From the human T2T-CHM13v2.0 reference genome, Homo sapiens, in assembly GCF_009914755.1 (NCBI RefSeq), contig NC_060931.1: a stretch of 64,000 bases of DNA; one strand, 5' to 3'. How positions within the stretch are numbered: the first letter of the stretch is position 1; every line of letters starts with the position of its first letter. Both the position numbers and the translations under genes were made by a program. The notes below the pieces were generated by a model, which ran no database searches, was not told the DNA's origin, and saw only the letters and a program-made list of their open reading frames with translations. This document shows, piece by piece, positions 32,420-50,721 of this stretch.

Positions 32420-33923
32420 AAACACTAAATGTTAGGATGAAGATCAACTGGAACTGACACATGCTAGTGGGGATGTAAAGCATACAGTACTCTGGAAAAC
32501 AATCTGGCACCTGACATATGGAATAGCTATTCTACTCCTAGGTTATTCACCCAGAGAAATGAAGTGTCCATCCACACAAAGACTTGTACACAAATGGTCA
32601 TAGCACAAATGGTCATATTTGTTGACCATTTGTGTTCTGCCAAAAGGCAGACACAACCCAATATTAATCAATAGATGAATAGACAAAAAATAAAAAAGAA
32701 ATTGATTATTCATATACATAACACGGTTGAACCTAAAAATAATTATCCTGAAAGAAATCAGACTAAAAAGAGTATATACTCTGAATATTTGTACATTCAT
32801 GTTCACAGCAGCACTGTTTACAATAGCTGAAAGGTGGAAGGAACTCAAATGTCCATCAATGGATGAATGGATAAACAAAATGTAGTATATCCATACGATG
32901 GATTATTCAGACTTAAAAAGGAAGGACATTCTACACATGCTACAACATGGATGAACCTTGAAGGCATTATGCTAAGTGAAATAAGCCAGGCACACAAACA
33001 AAAATTACTATATGATTCCATTTACATGAGGTACCCAGAGAGTCAGATTCATAGAGACAGAAAGTAGAATGGTGGTTTCCAAAGACTGGGAGCACGGGGA
33101 AGGGGAGTCACTGTTTCATGGGTACAGAGTTTCAGTTTGAGAACAGACTTTTAAAAGTCCTCGATCTCAATGGCGATGATGGTTGCATGACAATGTGAAC
33201 GTACTTAATGTCACATAGCTGCACGCTTGAAAATGGTTACGATGGTAAATTTTATATGTATTGTACTGCAATTTTCAGAAACTAAATAAATTTTTAATGT
33301 ACATACTATATGATTCCATTTATACAATTCTAGGAAATATAATCTATCGTGACAGAAAACAGAGCCGTGGTTGCCTAAGGATGGGAATGGAGGTGGAAGG
33401 ATGGGCAGCAGGAGGGGGTCCGAAGAAACTTCTGGGGGTGATGACTGTTCATTAGCTTGATTGTGGTGATGGTTTCATAGGGGTGTACATACATCAAAAC
33501 TTATTAAACTGTGTACTTTAAATACATGCAGTTTAGTACACAAGAAAACAAAATGGACTAAGTTGAAAAGAAGGTGGGCAAAGAGGAAGGATAAAAAGAG
33601 GAAAGGAAGCCAGAGTTAGTATTTGGTGGTTGACAGAGTCACCTGAGAGAAAAAACAAAACAAAGTATTCACTATGTTGGGAATGATCTCATGAATAAAA
33701 TCAAAGGCCATTTGTGGAGAAAAGTCATCTATAGAGAAGGAAAAAAAAGCACAGTCAAGAGAAAGTACCACTGATGAGGGCAAAAATGTCCTCCCTGTGC
33801 TACAAGGATGGTGGCTGCCTTGATTCAAAACTAAATACAAACCAGAGTCAAGGGCAGCCCAGGAGGGAGACAGCCCATCCCAAGTCCCAGGGACAAGCCA
33901 ACAGGAGTTAGAGTCCCAGGGAT

Positions 33924-34213
<290 letters not shown>

Positions 34214-34833
34214 TTACTCATTTAAGCAGGCAAGGCCAGGGTGTGGACACGCTGAAGACACAGGCCCTCCACCAGGACTATCTCACAGGAGCTTCTTCCT
34301 GGGATGGGCATGAATCCCAGGAAGCCGACAAAGCACAGGAGCTGGCTGCAGGCAAACAGGGGCTCAGGATTCTGACTCCGTACCTCCTTCTAAATGTTTT
34401 TGGGAGAGGAAAAAATGGTCATAAGATCACTCATTTGTGATGAGTGGTTTGATTTAAAATATAATCAAGTCAGAAGCCAGGAAAGGCCATCCGAGTGAGG
34501 GACTGGCCTCGCCAGGTGACAAGAACCAGCCATGTGGCTGCTCTGTGACTCAATTAAGACAGAACTCACACACACAAAAGGTTGATATCACTTGGGCCAT
34601 AAATGTAAATTCACTAAACTGTAGCTCCTTTGCTATTATGCTTTAAAAGTCCTTTGCACATTGACTTCCTCCATCTTTGCTGTTCTGGGCAATTCTGAGG
34701 AAAAGTCAGCATTGGATTTCAGGGACATTCTGTTCCCAGCCCAAAAACCCAATTACTGTTATGGAGGCACAGGACAGTTCCACATAACAGCTCAGACGGC
34801 TGGGAAGAAGTGACTTTAAAAATAAACAATGTT

Positions 34834-35153
<320 letters not shown>

Positions 35154-35493
35154 AAATAAACAATGTCCATAGAATCCCATAGTGGTTTCTTTGGAAGATA
35201 AGCTCACTATTGCTAGAAACAGGATTCCAACCCAAAGGAGAAAGCACTAAATCATTTTTAAGAATTTTTTTCTGGACTTTAATTTCCTGCTCCTATAACT
35301 CTGTACATCTAACCCCAAGATGAAGGTTAAAACGGTGTTAAGACTTGGCAGGACCTCCATGGCTTTGAATAGCAGCACTTCTACTCAGCAATCACAGATC
35401 CAGGTAATATCTGACACAAACAACACAGTAAGCTGCAGGAAAGGTAGGCACACAGGAAAGGTGAACGTCACAAGCCAAAATGCTGGGATTTTA

Positions 35494-36187
<694 letters not shown>

Positions 36188-36394
36188 CTACCAGTATCAA
36201 GTTTGGTCAAATTATTGTTAAATGACTGAATTAAAATCCTTTCATCTGCTCTTCATTCATAGCATATAACCACTGAGGCTAACCTCAACCACCTCCGTGA
36301 GCTATGCCAGCTGCCTCTGTGACCTGGCAACTGTGAACTGGCAAACTGATCCTTTCAACTGTTTTTCAGCTCAGGTTAGACTGAGTCCTTCTCA

Positions 36395-36734
<340 letters not shown>

Positions 36735-37536
36735 CTTTTAAATCTTTGATTTGGAATACTCAGACTTGCTTTCTTCTTTATCTTGTCCTTCTTTACAAGC
36801 TCCTCTTCTTAATTGCCCCATAATTATGGACCTCTCCCATCTGAGCATTGACTTCTATCCTTCTCCCTTCAGAGACAGTAACTACCACTTGTAAGATGCT
36901 GACTCCCAAATCAAGTTCCAACTTCTGCTTCTCTTCCCCAAATTTCAGACTACATTTCCAACTGTCTGCTGGTCACTTGCACTTACATCTCAGTTATCTC
37001 GTAGCTGAAGTCAATCACATGCTTCTTATGTGCATAAAGAGCAACAATACTTGGCGTGTGTATGGCACTGCACGGGGTCCTTTCTCATCCACAGTTCACA
37101 CACTCGTCTGTCACCATGTCTTATTGGGGATCAGGCTTGTTTTCCTGCAAGGCCTGTAGTCCTCACTTCTTCCCATCACTGCACATCTCCCAGCTCACTG
37201 CATCCTCCCAGCCAGTCTGGCCCAGGACTGCTACCTCTTCCACAAGCTCCTCACACAAAACCTTTCCCTCTTTCCCTCCAAGCCCAATCCTTCAGGCATG
37301 TGTGTGAGAAATTGTGTGTGTACATATGTGTGACAGCTCATGTGAGTATGCATTGGGAGTGTGCATGACAGCGCAAGTGTGTGTGTGAGTGCATGTGAGT
37401 GTGCATTAGTGCAGGTAAATGTGAGTGTAAGAACACGTGTAAGAGCACATGAGAGCATGTGTCTACCTGCTCAGAACAATGACACAACTTTGCAGCCTTG
37501 AAACAAGTAAAGAATATTGCTTAAAAAACAACAATA

Positions 37537-37864
<328 letters not shown>

Positions 37865-38167
37865 CTAATAATGATAGCAAAGAAAAAAAACCTCAACACT
37901 AGGATTAGAGAACATAGCCGAGGAAGTCATGTGTGGGTTTTCCCCACAAAAAGAATAAAAAGTCAGAGACACAGGATATAGGAAAAAAAAAATTAGAAAA
38001 ATGAAACTAGTGATCAAATATCTGAATAACTGAAGAACTAGAGAACAAAGAAAATAAAGGAAAGCAGATAACCAGAAAGAATTTAAGGAAATTTCTTAAA
38101 TTCTGATATGAAAGACATGAATCTTCAGCTTTAAAGGCCGAGCAAGTACCAGCACAAGGTTAAACTC

Positions 38168-38223
38168 GAGCAAACTCCTTGTTCTACTCTTTCCCCACTT
38201 CTCACTATTGCACTCGACTTGTC
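38168..38223 (+). pseudogene. Y1 RNA (RNY1-derived) retropseudogene, 5'-truncated
   Basis: aactccttgttctactctttccccacttctcactattgcactcgacttgtc matches the 3' half of hY1; agcacaa at 38151 and 38232. Confidence 0.85.
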
Positions 38224-38242
38224 ATATCAAAAGCACAATCAG

Positions 38243-38525
38243 GGTCAGGCATGGTGCCCACATCTATAATCTGAACACTTTAAGAGGCCAAGATGGGAGG
38301 ACGGCTTGAACCCAGGAGTTCAAGACCAGCCTAGGCAACATATCAAGGCCTCATCTCTACTTCAGCTAGGCATGGTGGCACATGCCTATGGTCCCAGCTC
38401 CTCAGGGGACTGAGGTGAGAGGATTGCTTGAGCCCAGGAGGTCGAGGCTACAGTGAGCCATGATTGCACCACTGCAATACAGCCTGCGTGATAGAGCAAG
38501 ACCAATCTTAAAAAAAAAAAAAAAA
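38243..38525 (+). mobile_element. AluJ lacking the middle A-rich linker
   Basis: catctctac-ttcagctaggcatggtgg junction; poly-A tail. Confidence 0.87.
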
Positions 38526-38664
38526 TTTACATCAACTTCCTAAGGGTCAAACTGTAAGCTAGAAGAAAATGGAGGAATGCAGGGAATATTTCCAACCTTA
38601 AGTTCTACAGATTCAAACTATCGATCAAACATAAAGATAGAAAAAAAGCATTTTCAGGCATGTG

Positions 38665-38860
38665 GCAGGGTAACAAGCTCATCCTGGTTTGTCCAGGATT
38701 TTCCTGGCTTCAGCAGCATTAGTCCCACATCCTGGGAATTCCCTCAGTCCTAGGTAAACTATTTACCCAGATATAACCTGGTTAAAAAAAAAAAAACCTA
38801 AAATTCACATGTCCCAATAATCTCTCAATCCCAGGCAAATCAAGGAAGTTGGTGACCCCT
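38665..38860. mobile_element. hAT MITE (MER81-like) with internal partial duplication
   Basis: Ends cagggtaacaa ... ttggtgacccct; ccctcagtcctaggtaaac and tctcaatcccaggcaaatc are two copies of the same segment. Confidence 0.6.
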
Positions 38861-38959
38861 GATGAGGTCTCAAAAACTTTCTGTGTCATGGTCACTTTCT
38901 AGCGAGGTTACTAGAGGATTCTGTCAACTGAATCATGAGATTTAACAAAAAGTAAGGAC

Positions 38960-40540
<1,581 letters not shown>

Positions 40541-40588
40541 TTTTAAAACCGTACATGTGTCTGGTATGGTGTGCCATGTGCACTTGGT

Positions 40589-40692
40589 GTGATGTGTGTG
40601 CATGCATACAAGCATGTGTATGAGCCTGGAGAAAGGTGTGCAAGGACACATCTCAGTATACTGACACTGGCTGCAGGATTAGACGGGGAGTG

Positions 40693-40734
<42 letters not shown>

Positions 40735-40826
40735 TGATGTGTATGCATACATACAAGCATGTGTATGAGCCTGGAGAAAGGTGTGCAAGGACATCTCACA
40801 GTATATTGACAATGGCTGCAGGATTA
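40589..40826. repeat. 93-bp direct duplication flanking a (TG)20 microsatellite (40694-40733)
   Basis: catacaagcatgtgtatgagcctggagaaaggtgtgcaaggaca occurs twice, 145 bp apart. Confidence 0.93.
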
Positions 40827-40949
40827 TAAAGAAGAAATTCCTTCCAACAATGTTGTGTTGTTTTGGGAGTATTATTAGTTTTGGAGTTTTAAAAATTTAT
40901 TCCTAAGTATTTTTTTATATATATTCTATTGTAGATGGATTTTTCTTAA

Positions 40950-41241
40950 TTTTTTCTTTTTTTTTTTTTTGAGACAGGGCCTCACTTGGTTGCCCAGGCT
41001 GAGTGCAGTGGCACGATCATGGCCCACTGTAGCCTTGACCTACAGGGCTCAAGCAATTCTCCCATCTCGGCCCCCTGAATAGCTGGGACTATAGGCATGC
41101 ACCACCATGCCTGGCTAATTTTTCAAGACGGGATCTCACTATGTTGCCCAGGCTGGTCTGGAACTCCTGGGCTCATGCAATCCTTCTGCCTCGGCCTCTT
41201 GAAGTGTTGGGATTACAGGAATAAGCCACCATGCCTAGACC
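40950..41241 (-). mobile_element. AluJ
   Basis: Reverse diverged dimer. Confidence 0.87.
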
Positions 41242-42870
41242 TGTGGTCATGTATTTTCTAATATTATAATTGTCTAATAAAGAACTAGCAAATATAATTG
41301 TTTTAATCAGAAGAAAATTGAACAAGGTAATAATAGTGATAGAACTGGATAATTCTATTTTCCAAATTTTCCAAATTACTTTTGTAATTAATTAAACAAC
41401 TGCTTTCCTAACTGTCACACATCTATAACATATGGTGGAGAAGAAGATACCATTGCTAAAAGCAACACAAACATTAACTGTATGGCTACTAATGGATCTG
41501 AGGACACATGAGATTTGTATATAATTCTTGAGGGCAACTTTCTGTAACTGAATTTAATGACAGAAAAAAGGAAGCCACCAACAATAGAATGATATGCTTC
41601 CTTTTAACAGGAAAATTTAACGAGAACAAAACTGATCATACTCTTCAAGTTAATATGGAGTTTTAACATAATATCAATTAAAGTCCCCAAGTGGTATAAT
41701 ACAAAACTTGATCAAGTCACAGTGGAATTCATTTTAAAGAAATCAAACAATATTAAAGAACAGTCTTGAGCCCTTTAGTAGACAATGGAATGGTATATTT
41801 AGCCTACAACATTAAAGCAGAGAGAAATTTCTAAAATCTAACATAAAGAAAATCACTGAAGGCAGTATCGATGTGGTAAAATCCCCACACTAAATTCAGT
41901 GAATCAACTGATAGAAGAAAAGCAGTGAATAAGAAAATGTGAGGATTTGTAAAACTACAGAAGGATAATATCCAGACTCCCATCAATGAGTAAGTGGAGT
42001 TAATGAGTTAACAAAGTAGGAAATAACAACAGTAAATCACTGTGTAGAAAATGTAATCTTTCTATAAATAAAGAAATGCAAAGTAAACTATAAGCTATCA
42101 TCATAACTGTTTAACTAAAATTTTAAAACATATTTCTTACCTGGTATGACTAAGTACGGCCTGCCCTAGGAAGGAAAGCATATAAGGCCATTATGAACAT
42201 GCTCTACTGCATTAGCAGGAAGTGGGCAGCTACCACAAGACTCCAAATAGTATGCCAGACTCTACCACGTGCCCTTTTTAAAAACCCACCAGCATATATA
42301 ATACTTACCAACACCAAAACTAGACTAACCAAGAAAAAAAAAATTTACCACTGACTACATCTGGGGTTTTAAGCCACCTGAGGTTCTAAACCTATTTATG
42401 TCACTATTTCCCCCTCAAAAAAATAAACAGCTATCTCAAAAACGTAATATGAAGATATGAATGAAATTAAGATGAAAAGGATAGGATGCTTTAATTTGGG
42501 GGGAAAGAAAGAGAAAACAAAAGTTTAAACCCTGGATCCAGTACTAACTCTAACCTATACTAAATTTCACAAACACTATAAAACATTACTCCAAATGAAT
42601 TAACTCTACACTAGTCAACACTTGGCAAAAACGCTTTTTTGCAAAATCTGCATTAAAGGATTTTAGTTTTCCTCCATTGGAAAATCTTTCATTATTTTTA
42701 AAAATGTATTTGAACGGTGTGATAATTCTTTTCTCCTACCACATATCCTAGGTAGTCCTAGACAACAGGCCTAAAAACCCGACGGGTTCAACTCTGCTTA
42801 TCTCAAAACGCTCCTTCAAGACTATACCCCTCCCAAGGGGATTCTCTGGACACAACTCAAATGCTTTCTT

Positions 42871-43650
42871 CTATCTCCTTGCCTTCCAGGAATCCCTTCC
42901 TCCCTTCTCCTGGCTTCTTCGGCCCTGCACCCATGAAGGCCAGCACAGGCATCACCTTCTCCAGGAAGTATTTCTGACATTCCAGAAAATGGGTCTGGAC
43001 CCTTCCTCTGCATTCATCACATGGGATTGCAACAGTTTGTCCAAGCTCCCCCTAAACTGTGAGCCCCTTGAGCATCTCCCACTCTATATGTCTGACTGCT
43101 AGAACAGAGCCTGAAACATCATAGAAGGTATGCCACATATACATGGGATGGGAGGATAGAAGGGCAAGCTGCATATGAAGAGAAGTCTTCTCTTAAAATC
43201 AGTGTGATCTGCAACAGGAAAAGGCTGTCTCCCTGTGGGGGGAGGCACACTCATAAAGACTAAATCATTTCCTGCCTGTTAGGGATGCTATGGGAAGGAC
43301 AGAAAAGCTACCATGATTGAGTCAGCCGCAGACACATGGTACAATCTGACCTATACCATTGAAAGTGAAGGAGCCTTTGAAGAAGCACCAAAGAGAGAGA
43401 GAAAGGAGTCTTTCACCAGCCATGTGACATGCAGAATGGCCACACCTCAGCCATAATGGTTGAAAGGGGGAGGAAACAAAGAAACAGAAAGTTTGGGATC
43501 TGGGCCCTAACCCAGACTGTGTGAAAGCTCATTTTCTCAAATGCCAGAAATGCTTCCTAGAGAAGGTGGTGCCTGTGCTGGCCTTCATGGGTGCAGGGCC
43601 ACAGAAGCCAAGGAGAAGGGAGGAAGGGGTCCTGGAAGGCAAGGAGGTGG
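42871..43650. repeat. Inverted repeat of L2-derived arms (42871-42991 and 43530-43650)
   Basis: Manual alignment gives 11 substitutions and two 1-nt indels over ~121 nt, with a perfect 31-nt core (42921-42951 / 43570-43600). Confidence 0.92.
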
Positions 43651-44336
43651 ACCGTGTAAAAGCTGTCCACAGTTGGGATGGACACAGTTGGGATGGGACA
43701 GTGTTCAAGTGCCTGGCTCCGTGGTAAATAAAATCAGGGCTCACATGATTCAGGTGCATAGGCAGGTGGTCCCTGAACCCAGGTAGTCTCCCCAAGAGAT
43801 GTTCTGAGGCAGTCCACAAATATAGCACATGCAAAGCATATTATCAAACTCAGAGGACTTCCACTGCTCTGAGATAGGAATTATCAGGGACATGTACACA
43901 CACACTCTCTCTCTCTCTCTCATATATACACACATACAGAAAGAGAAAAAGAAATGCGTATTACCTCTCTATCTTTAAGAATATTTAAGGTAACTTTAGT
44001 CAAGGAGCTGGGTACATTTTGCTTACAAACAACATTTCATGAATTGCTATGAAATTTTATAGAAGCCTAATTTCCAGGGCTCGAGTTACAGTTACTGAAC
44101 AAATGTAACCATAATGTGTGCCACTAGCATCTCAACCACATAATTACCCAGAAAAAATTAACAGATACATAACTTATACTCTAAAATCCCCTAATGACCA
44201 CATGTTCAGAAAATGTTCCTAAATAGGAAAACACTGACCAATATTATTAGCTTAACTTTTCAGGGAATAAAGACATCATAAAGCAGATTATTCCAACTTT
44301 TCAAATATGAATGAAAACAGAAAACTCCTACTTGAT

Positions 44337-44690
44337 CAGTAGCTCTCAAAGGGAGGGTAGGCCCTGCCTCCTGGGAGTTTGGGAGTGTGTGGGCAGCGTT
44401 AGGTGTCCTTGGGGCAGTCAATGGGCACTGTCCCCTGCCCTGCATTACCTTCACACATCCCATTAGACATGCAGGTAGACAGAAGCTGTTTAACATTCTT
44501 CTGAGCCTGTAACCTAACTCAATTTTAGATAAAAACCCAAATAATTTTTTGCATGCTTTTATTATATCGTGAATTTTCCAGGAATACAACATGTCTGATT
44601 CTGGCCTTTACTAAAATGTAATTGCCTTTTTGAAAATACTCATCACCAAAGCAACACTGCCTGTGTATTCTGGGTTACCAATCAAGACAC
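44337..44690. mobile_element. hAT-Charlie DNA transposon fossil (MER20B-like)
   Basis: ctgagcctgtaacctaactc ... tgaattttccaggaatacaac. Confidence 0.5.
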
Positions 44691-44697
44691 AACCAGG

Positions 44698-44698
<1 letters not shown>

Positions 44699-44732
<34 letters not shown>
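44699..44732. repeat. (TG)17 microsatellite
   Basis: Perfect run. Confidence 0.96.
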
Positions 44733-44736
<4 letters not shown>

Positions 44737-45640
44737 CACAAAGATACAAAAGATTTATAGTATCTTTTGCATTGTATGAGTGCCCATGGCCCTCATGAGA
44801 TAGCTGCTGGCACTGAATATATGACACTAAGCGAAGGCTACACATGCAGCCTGGGTGTGTCTTGACCCCGATAGGGTCAGGAGGCAGAGATGCCCAGAAA
44901 CCCTAGCCCGCTCTAGTTTGTCTTTGTGAGTATCAAGGGACAATGTGGTTAGGGTATAACAATGGAATGACCTCCTGCCCCTCCCCAAAAACACATATGT
45001 AACTCCACTCACTTGAACCTAAGTGGCATTGAACCCAGAGAGAAGGAGAGTTGGACACTTGGTTTGGGAGGACAAGCTGGTGACACCCACAGAGGGCACG
45101 GAGCCTGCCATCCCTGAGAACTAGCAGCTGACATAGTCCATGCCCAGCCAAGCCACCAACAATGTCTAGAGACCAACTTTGGAAAACTGATGCAGCATCC
45201 AGACAGGCTAACAGGAACCTCAAATTTAAAAGTTAATACACAGCTGAGTATCCCCAAACCCTGAGAAAAGGGCAACAAATTCTACACCTAAAGAAGTGAT
45301 GCTGCAGAACACAGAGTTAGTAAAGACACAAGACTTAAAAACAGGCACAATCAACAGCCTCCAAGTGGTGTGAGAGGATATTACACTCATAAGAATCAAC
45401 CAGCAATCTTAAACATTAAAAACTGGAATCACTAAATTAAAATAAATAAATAAAAGGTGAGCCCAAGAACAATTGTTATCTCTGGGAGAATACTGGGCTT
45501 GAGGGATGATCAAAGGGGTCTTGAGTTTTATCTATTTACAAAAGGAATGTATTTTTACTAAATAAAAAAAAAATCAACGGACATTTTCAAAGAAATATAT
45601 TTTCTGGATGAAATGGGAATTTAGTACTTCTACAACTTCA

Positions 45641-46079
<439 letters not shown>

Positions 46080-46210
46080 TTAATTTGAGTTAAATTACGT
46101 TTTTTTCATTTCACGGCCTCTGGGTTAGAACACAATATAGCACAGACAAATCATACACCCATGTCTCAGAAAACATCAGGCAGAGAAATGTACCTTGACT
46201 AGATCAACAA

Positions 46211-46495
<285 letters not shown>

Positions 46496-49469
46496 CACCA
46501 AATCTTTACATAAGCTTCAATTTTTTCTTATTCTATGGACCAATACCCTTTTAGAAGGAGCGTTATCCCCATTCCAGCTTTTAGATTAAGACACCCAACA
46601 ATACTGGCATTTAGTACAGAATCTCAACCCTCTTTTCCTTATTCTAAATTCCCTCCTCTTACAGTGCCAAAAACAATAACCCACATCCATCCCAGGGGCC
46701 GAGCCGAGGGCAGGGCTCAGGGAAGTGGCAGGGGAGCAGAAGGGCCCAAACGAAGGTGTAAACAGAAGCTGACACATGTGCTCTGCTCCACCTCAGCAGC
46801 ACCAGTTCAAACACCTATGCTTTGCTCTCCGCCCTGTGCCCTAGACCCCACACGAGCATGGGACATCCCCAGGACATTTCCAGAGAGCATTTTAAATTTC
46901 CTTAATCTTAATGTTTTTTACATGTATTTTCTAATTTTCCTCTATATTACTATAAAGAAACTTTTAGTGATTTTAAAAATCTCACAGTCATCTCACATCA
47001 TTCTCCCGTAATTCCACCAGAAATGAGGCTGAGAGAATACAGACAGCCACAGCACAGTTCACACAGTAAAACATCAACACCTTAAGGCCTGTCCACATGA
47101 AGTGGGAAACTTCTGAACAGCCGTTAGAGAACACAGCAGACACCCACTGAGACTGATGTGGATGAGCAGTGTATACAGCCACTATCATCTGTGGAAAGGT
47201 TAAAACTGAAAAAGTAGAGAATGTGGGACATTAATCGTGGAGGCCATGGGCACAGGGAGAACTCTCTGCACTTCCTGCTCAATTTTGCTGTGAACCTAAA
47301 GTCAGTCTAAAAATAAACTGTATTAACCAAAAAAGAAAAAAGTAAGAAGACAGGCATAGATAAGTATGCTTGTATTTTCATAGACTATCTCCTGACCGGT
47401 ACACCAGACACTGGTAACAGCAGCCACTTAGGGTAGAGTGGATAAACACAGTCACCTCACTGTGTAGAGCAGAACAGAGCCACAGACAGGGCCGTGAGTG
47501 AGAAGACCACCAAAGTTCTACTATACACCCCACCGTACTTCTCAAATTGTTTTTGATATATGCATACAGCATTTTTCAAAACACCAGTTAAAAAAAATAA
47601 AGAAAAACTTTTACGGAAAAATAGGAAGTTCCAGGGTAAAAGGGGTGCAAGAGAGTCAAATCTAAATAAAAGCTAGAGCAGCAAAATCACAGATGCTTGG
47701 CCCCAAAGATACAAAGCTGACCTCGTGAATGCATACTTTTGGGAAAGAAATGACCAGTGAACCCAGGACCATGGAAGCCTGGGTGGCACAGCCACCCAAC
47801 ATGAGACATCTCAGTGGTATAAGCCAGATGCTTGCTGCCAGGAGCCAGCACTGCACCAATGTAAAGCTCACAATGGCCCCTAGAAGCAGGGACAGCCACC
47901 CAGGGCCAACTTGAGAAGGAAAAAAGCTAAAAAACAAGGAAAAAGTTGAAGAATCCTCATCCCATCCCCTGAGCCACCCTAAATTGGAAAATACTCAGCA
48001 GACACAAAAAGCCTCTCAAGAGGACACTGCCAACCCACTCGGGCAAGGGATCATACCCATATGCCCTGAACACTTCTGGGGCCACCATGCCTGGTTTCCT
48101 TTCTTACTCAGAACTCAGGGAGGTATGTACATGGGGTTTATTGCTTGTTTTCCTTGGAGAGAGAAACAGTTTTCTGTTTTTCTTACTTAAGACCCAGTAC
48201 AGTCAGCAGGGCCCCAAAGGCCTCAGGAAGGAGGCTGCTAGTCACCACACCAATCTGTGAAGTGCTCATCCTGCCAGCCACTCTGGTACCAGGCTCAGCC
48301 ATGTGGTTCTGGGCTCAGCCATGCTGCCTTCAAAAATTAGGGGAAACAAAAGGTCTGGAAGTTTGTTCTCCTAGGAGAACTTGAGCATCCAAAGTGACAT
48401 TTCTCCTGCTTTATTCAGCTTTTCACTAGGGACACTTGGATAATGCTAAGTGTTTTCTAGGTCACAGCTAGTCCTACCTACCCACTTATTGGGAAGCTCT
48501 AGCAGCAGCAGAATAGAAAGCTCTGGGTGAGCCTGCAAAGCAGGAGGCATGCTAGTGGGCAGGAGGGAGAAAGTGTGCAAACACCCCCGCTTCCCATGAA
48601 TCACTAGGTCACAAAGCCCCACCGGGTGAGGGAACGTGTGACCCACTCAGACTGCTGTTTCAGACTCTGCTATGAGGGTCATGGGAAGAGAGCACTGGCC
48701 CTCCTTGGGAGAAGATTCTGGTCCAAATCTATGGTGTGGCTCAGCTATCAGCAGTGAAGATTGAGGGGCACTGACTGGTTTCTTTCCCCACATTCACCCT
48801 CACCAGCCCCCCGTGGTGAAGAAGGTTGGGTGTCACTTCCTCCAACCTCTGCAGGGCAGAGTGTGCTGCTATTACAGGGCCTGCTGAACCAGCATCTCAC
48901 CCCTACTGAAGAATGGGTCAATAAAGATAGAAAAGTTATGACAGAAAAGGAGGGAAGGAAGGAGAGTCCCTTCCAATGGTCCTCACAATAATACCACCCA
49001 CAGAGATCGGTGTGAAATTTTGCTTTCAGAAGTAGAATGTGCCCAGACAGAATCAGAACTGCTCATTTAACATGGGAACGGCGAAGCGCCCACTCCAAGA
49101 CTTCTGCTAGTGGGTGGCCAGAAAGAAGCCATCCTCTCTCCCTTCCTGACTCAAATTGTACAACTGCTCAAAGGAAGAAAAAGAAGCCAGAGGTTCCTCT
49201 GCATCAGCCAGAGGCCAATCACCCTGATCCAGGCTGCCAAGTTAGAACCCAAGCTCCCAGATCAAGGGACAAGTCAGAGGTGGAGCTCTTTGATCAAGGG
49301 GCAGGTCAGAGATCAAGGTCCCCATTGAGGCCCGGCAGGGACGAGGCAAAAGACTGGGGCAGGCTGGCAATCTTAAACCCCATTTGCCCCAAGCCCCTAA
49401 AAAAAAAAAGTATTCCATAAATACTTGCTGAATCCAAGAACCAAACCTAGTACTTAGCTTATACTGAAA

Positions 49470-50240
<771 letters not shown>

Positions 50241-50721
50241 ATAATTTTTTTAAAAGGGGGAAAAAGACTAGAATCAGGAAGTAAAAAGATAAATGTAACA
50301 GTTTCAGAGATTAAAGGAGCAAACCACAAGGCAAGAGACAGGTATCCTCCTTGCTCATCCACTGGGAGAGTCTAGAAGCCTGACACCACAGCACCAACTA
50401 ACACAGCAGGCCCAGCTCTTGGCTTGTAATCTCAATCTCTTATCAAAACCCAAGGACTTCTTGGAGAAAGGGTCCATTCCACAGCCAGGGCAGGAGAAGA
50501 ATTCAAACCTGGAACTTCCTGTAGTGTACAAGAAAATAAAGAAGTGCTCGAAAAATGATGCAAACATGTTAACAGGAAAAGTCAACTGCAAGAGGCCACT
50601 TGAGCAATTAAACAATAGTAATGGACCATAACCTATGGAATAACTATCCATGAATACACACTGACATACACCAAGAACTAATAAATAAGTAGAGGAGAAA
50701 GAAAAGCTCTTCCTTACAGCA

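Noticed and set aside
42133-42148. cttacctgg resembling the U1 snRNA 5' end
   Set aside because: The match is only ~9 nt; it is simply the complement of a donor consensus.
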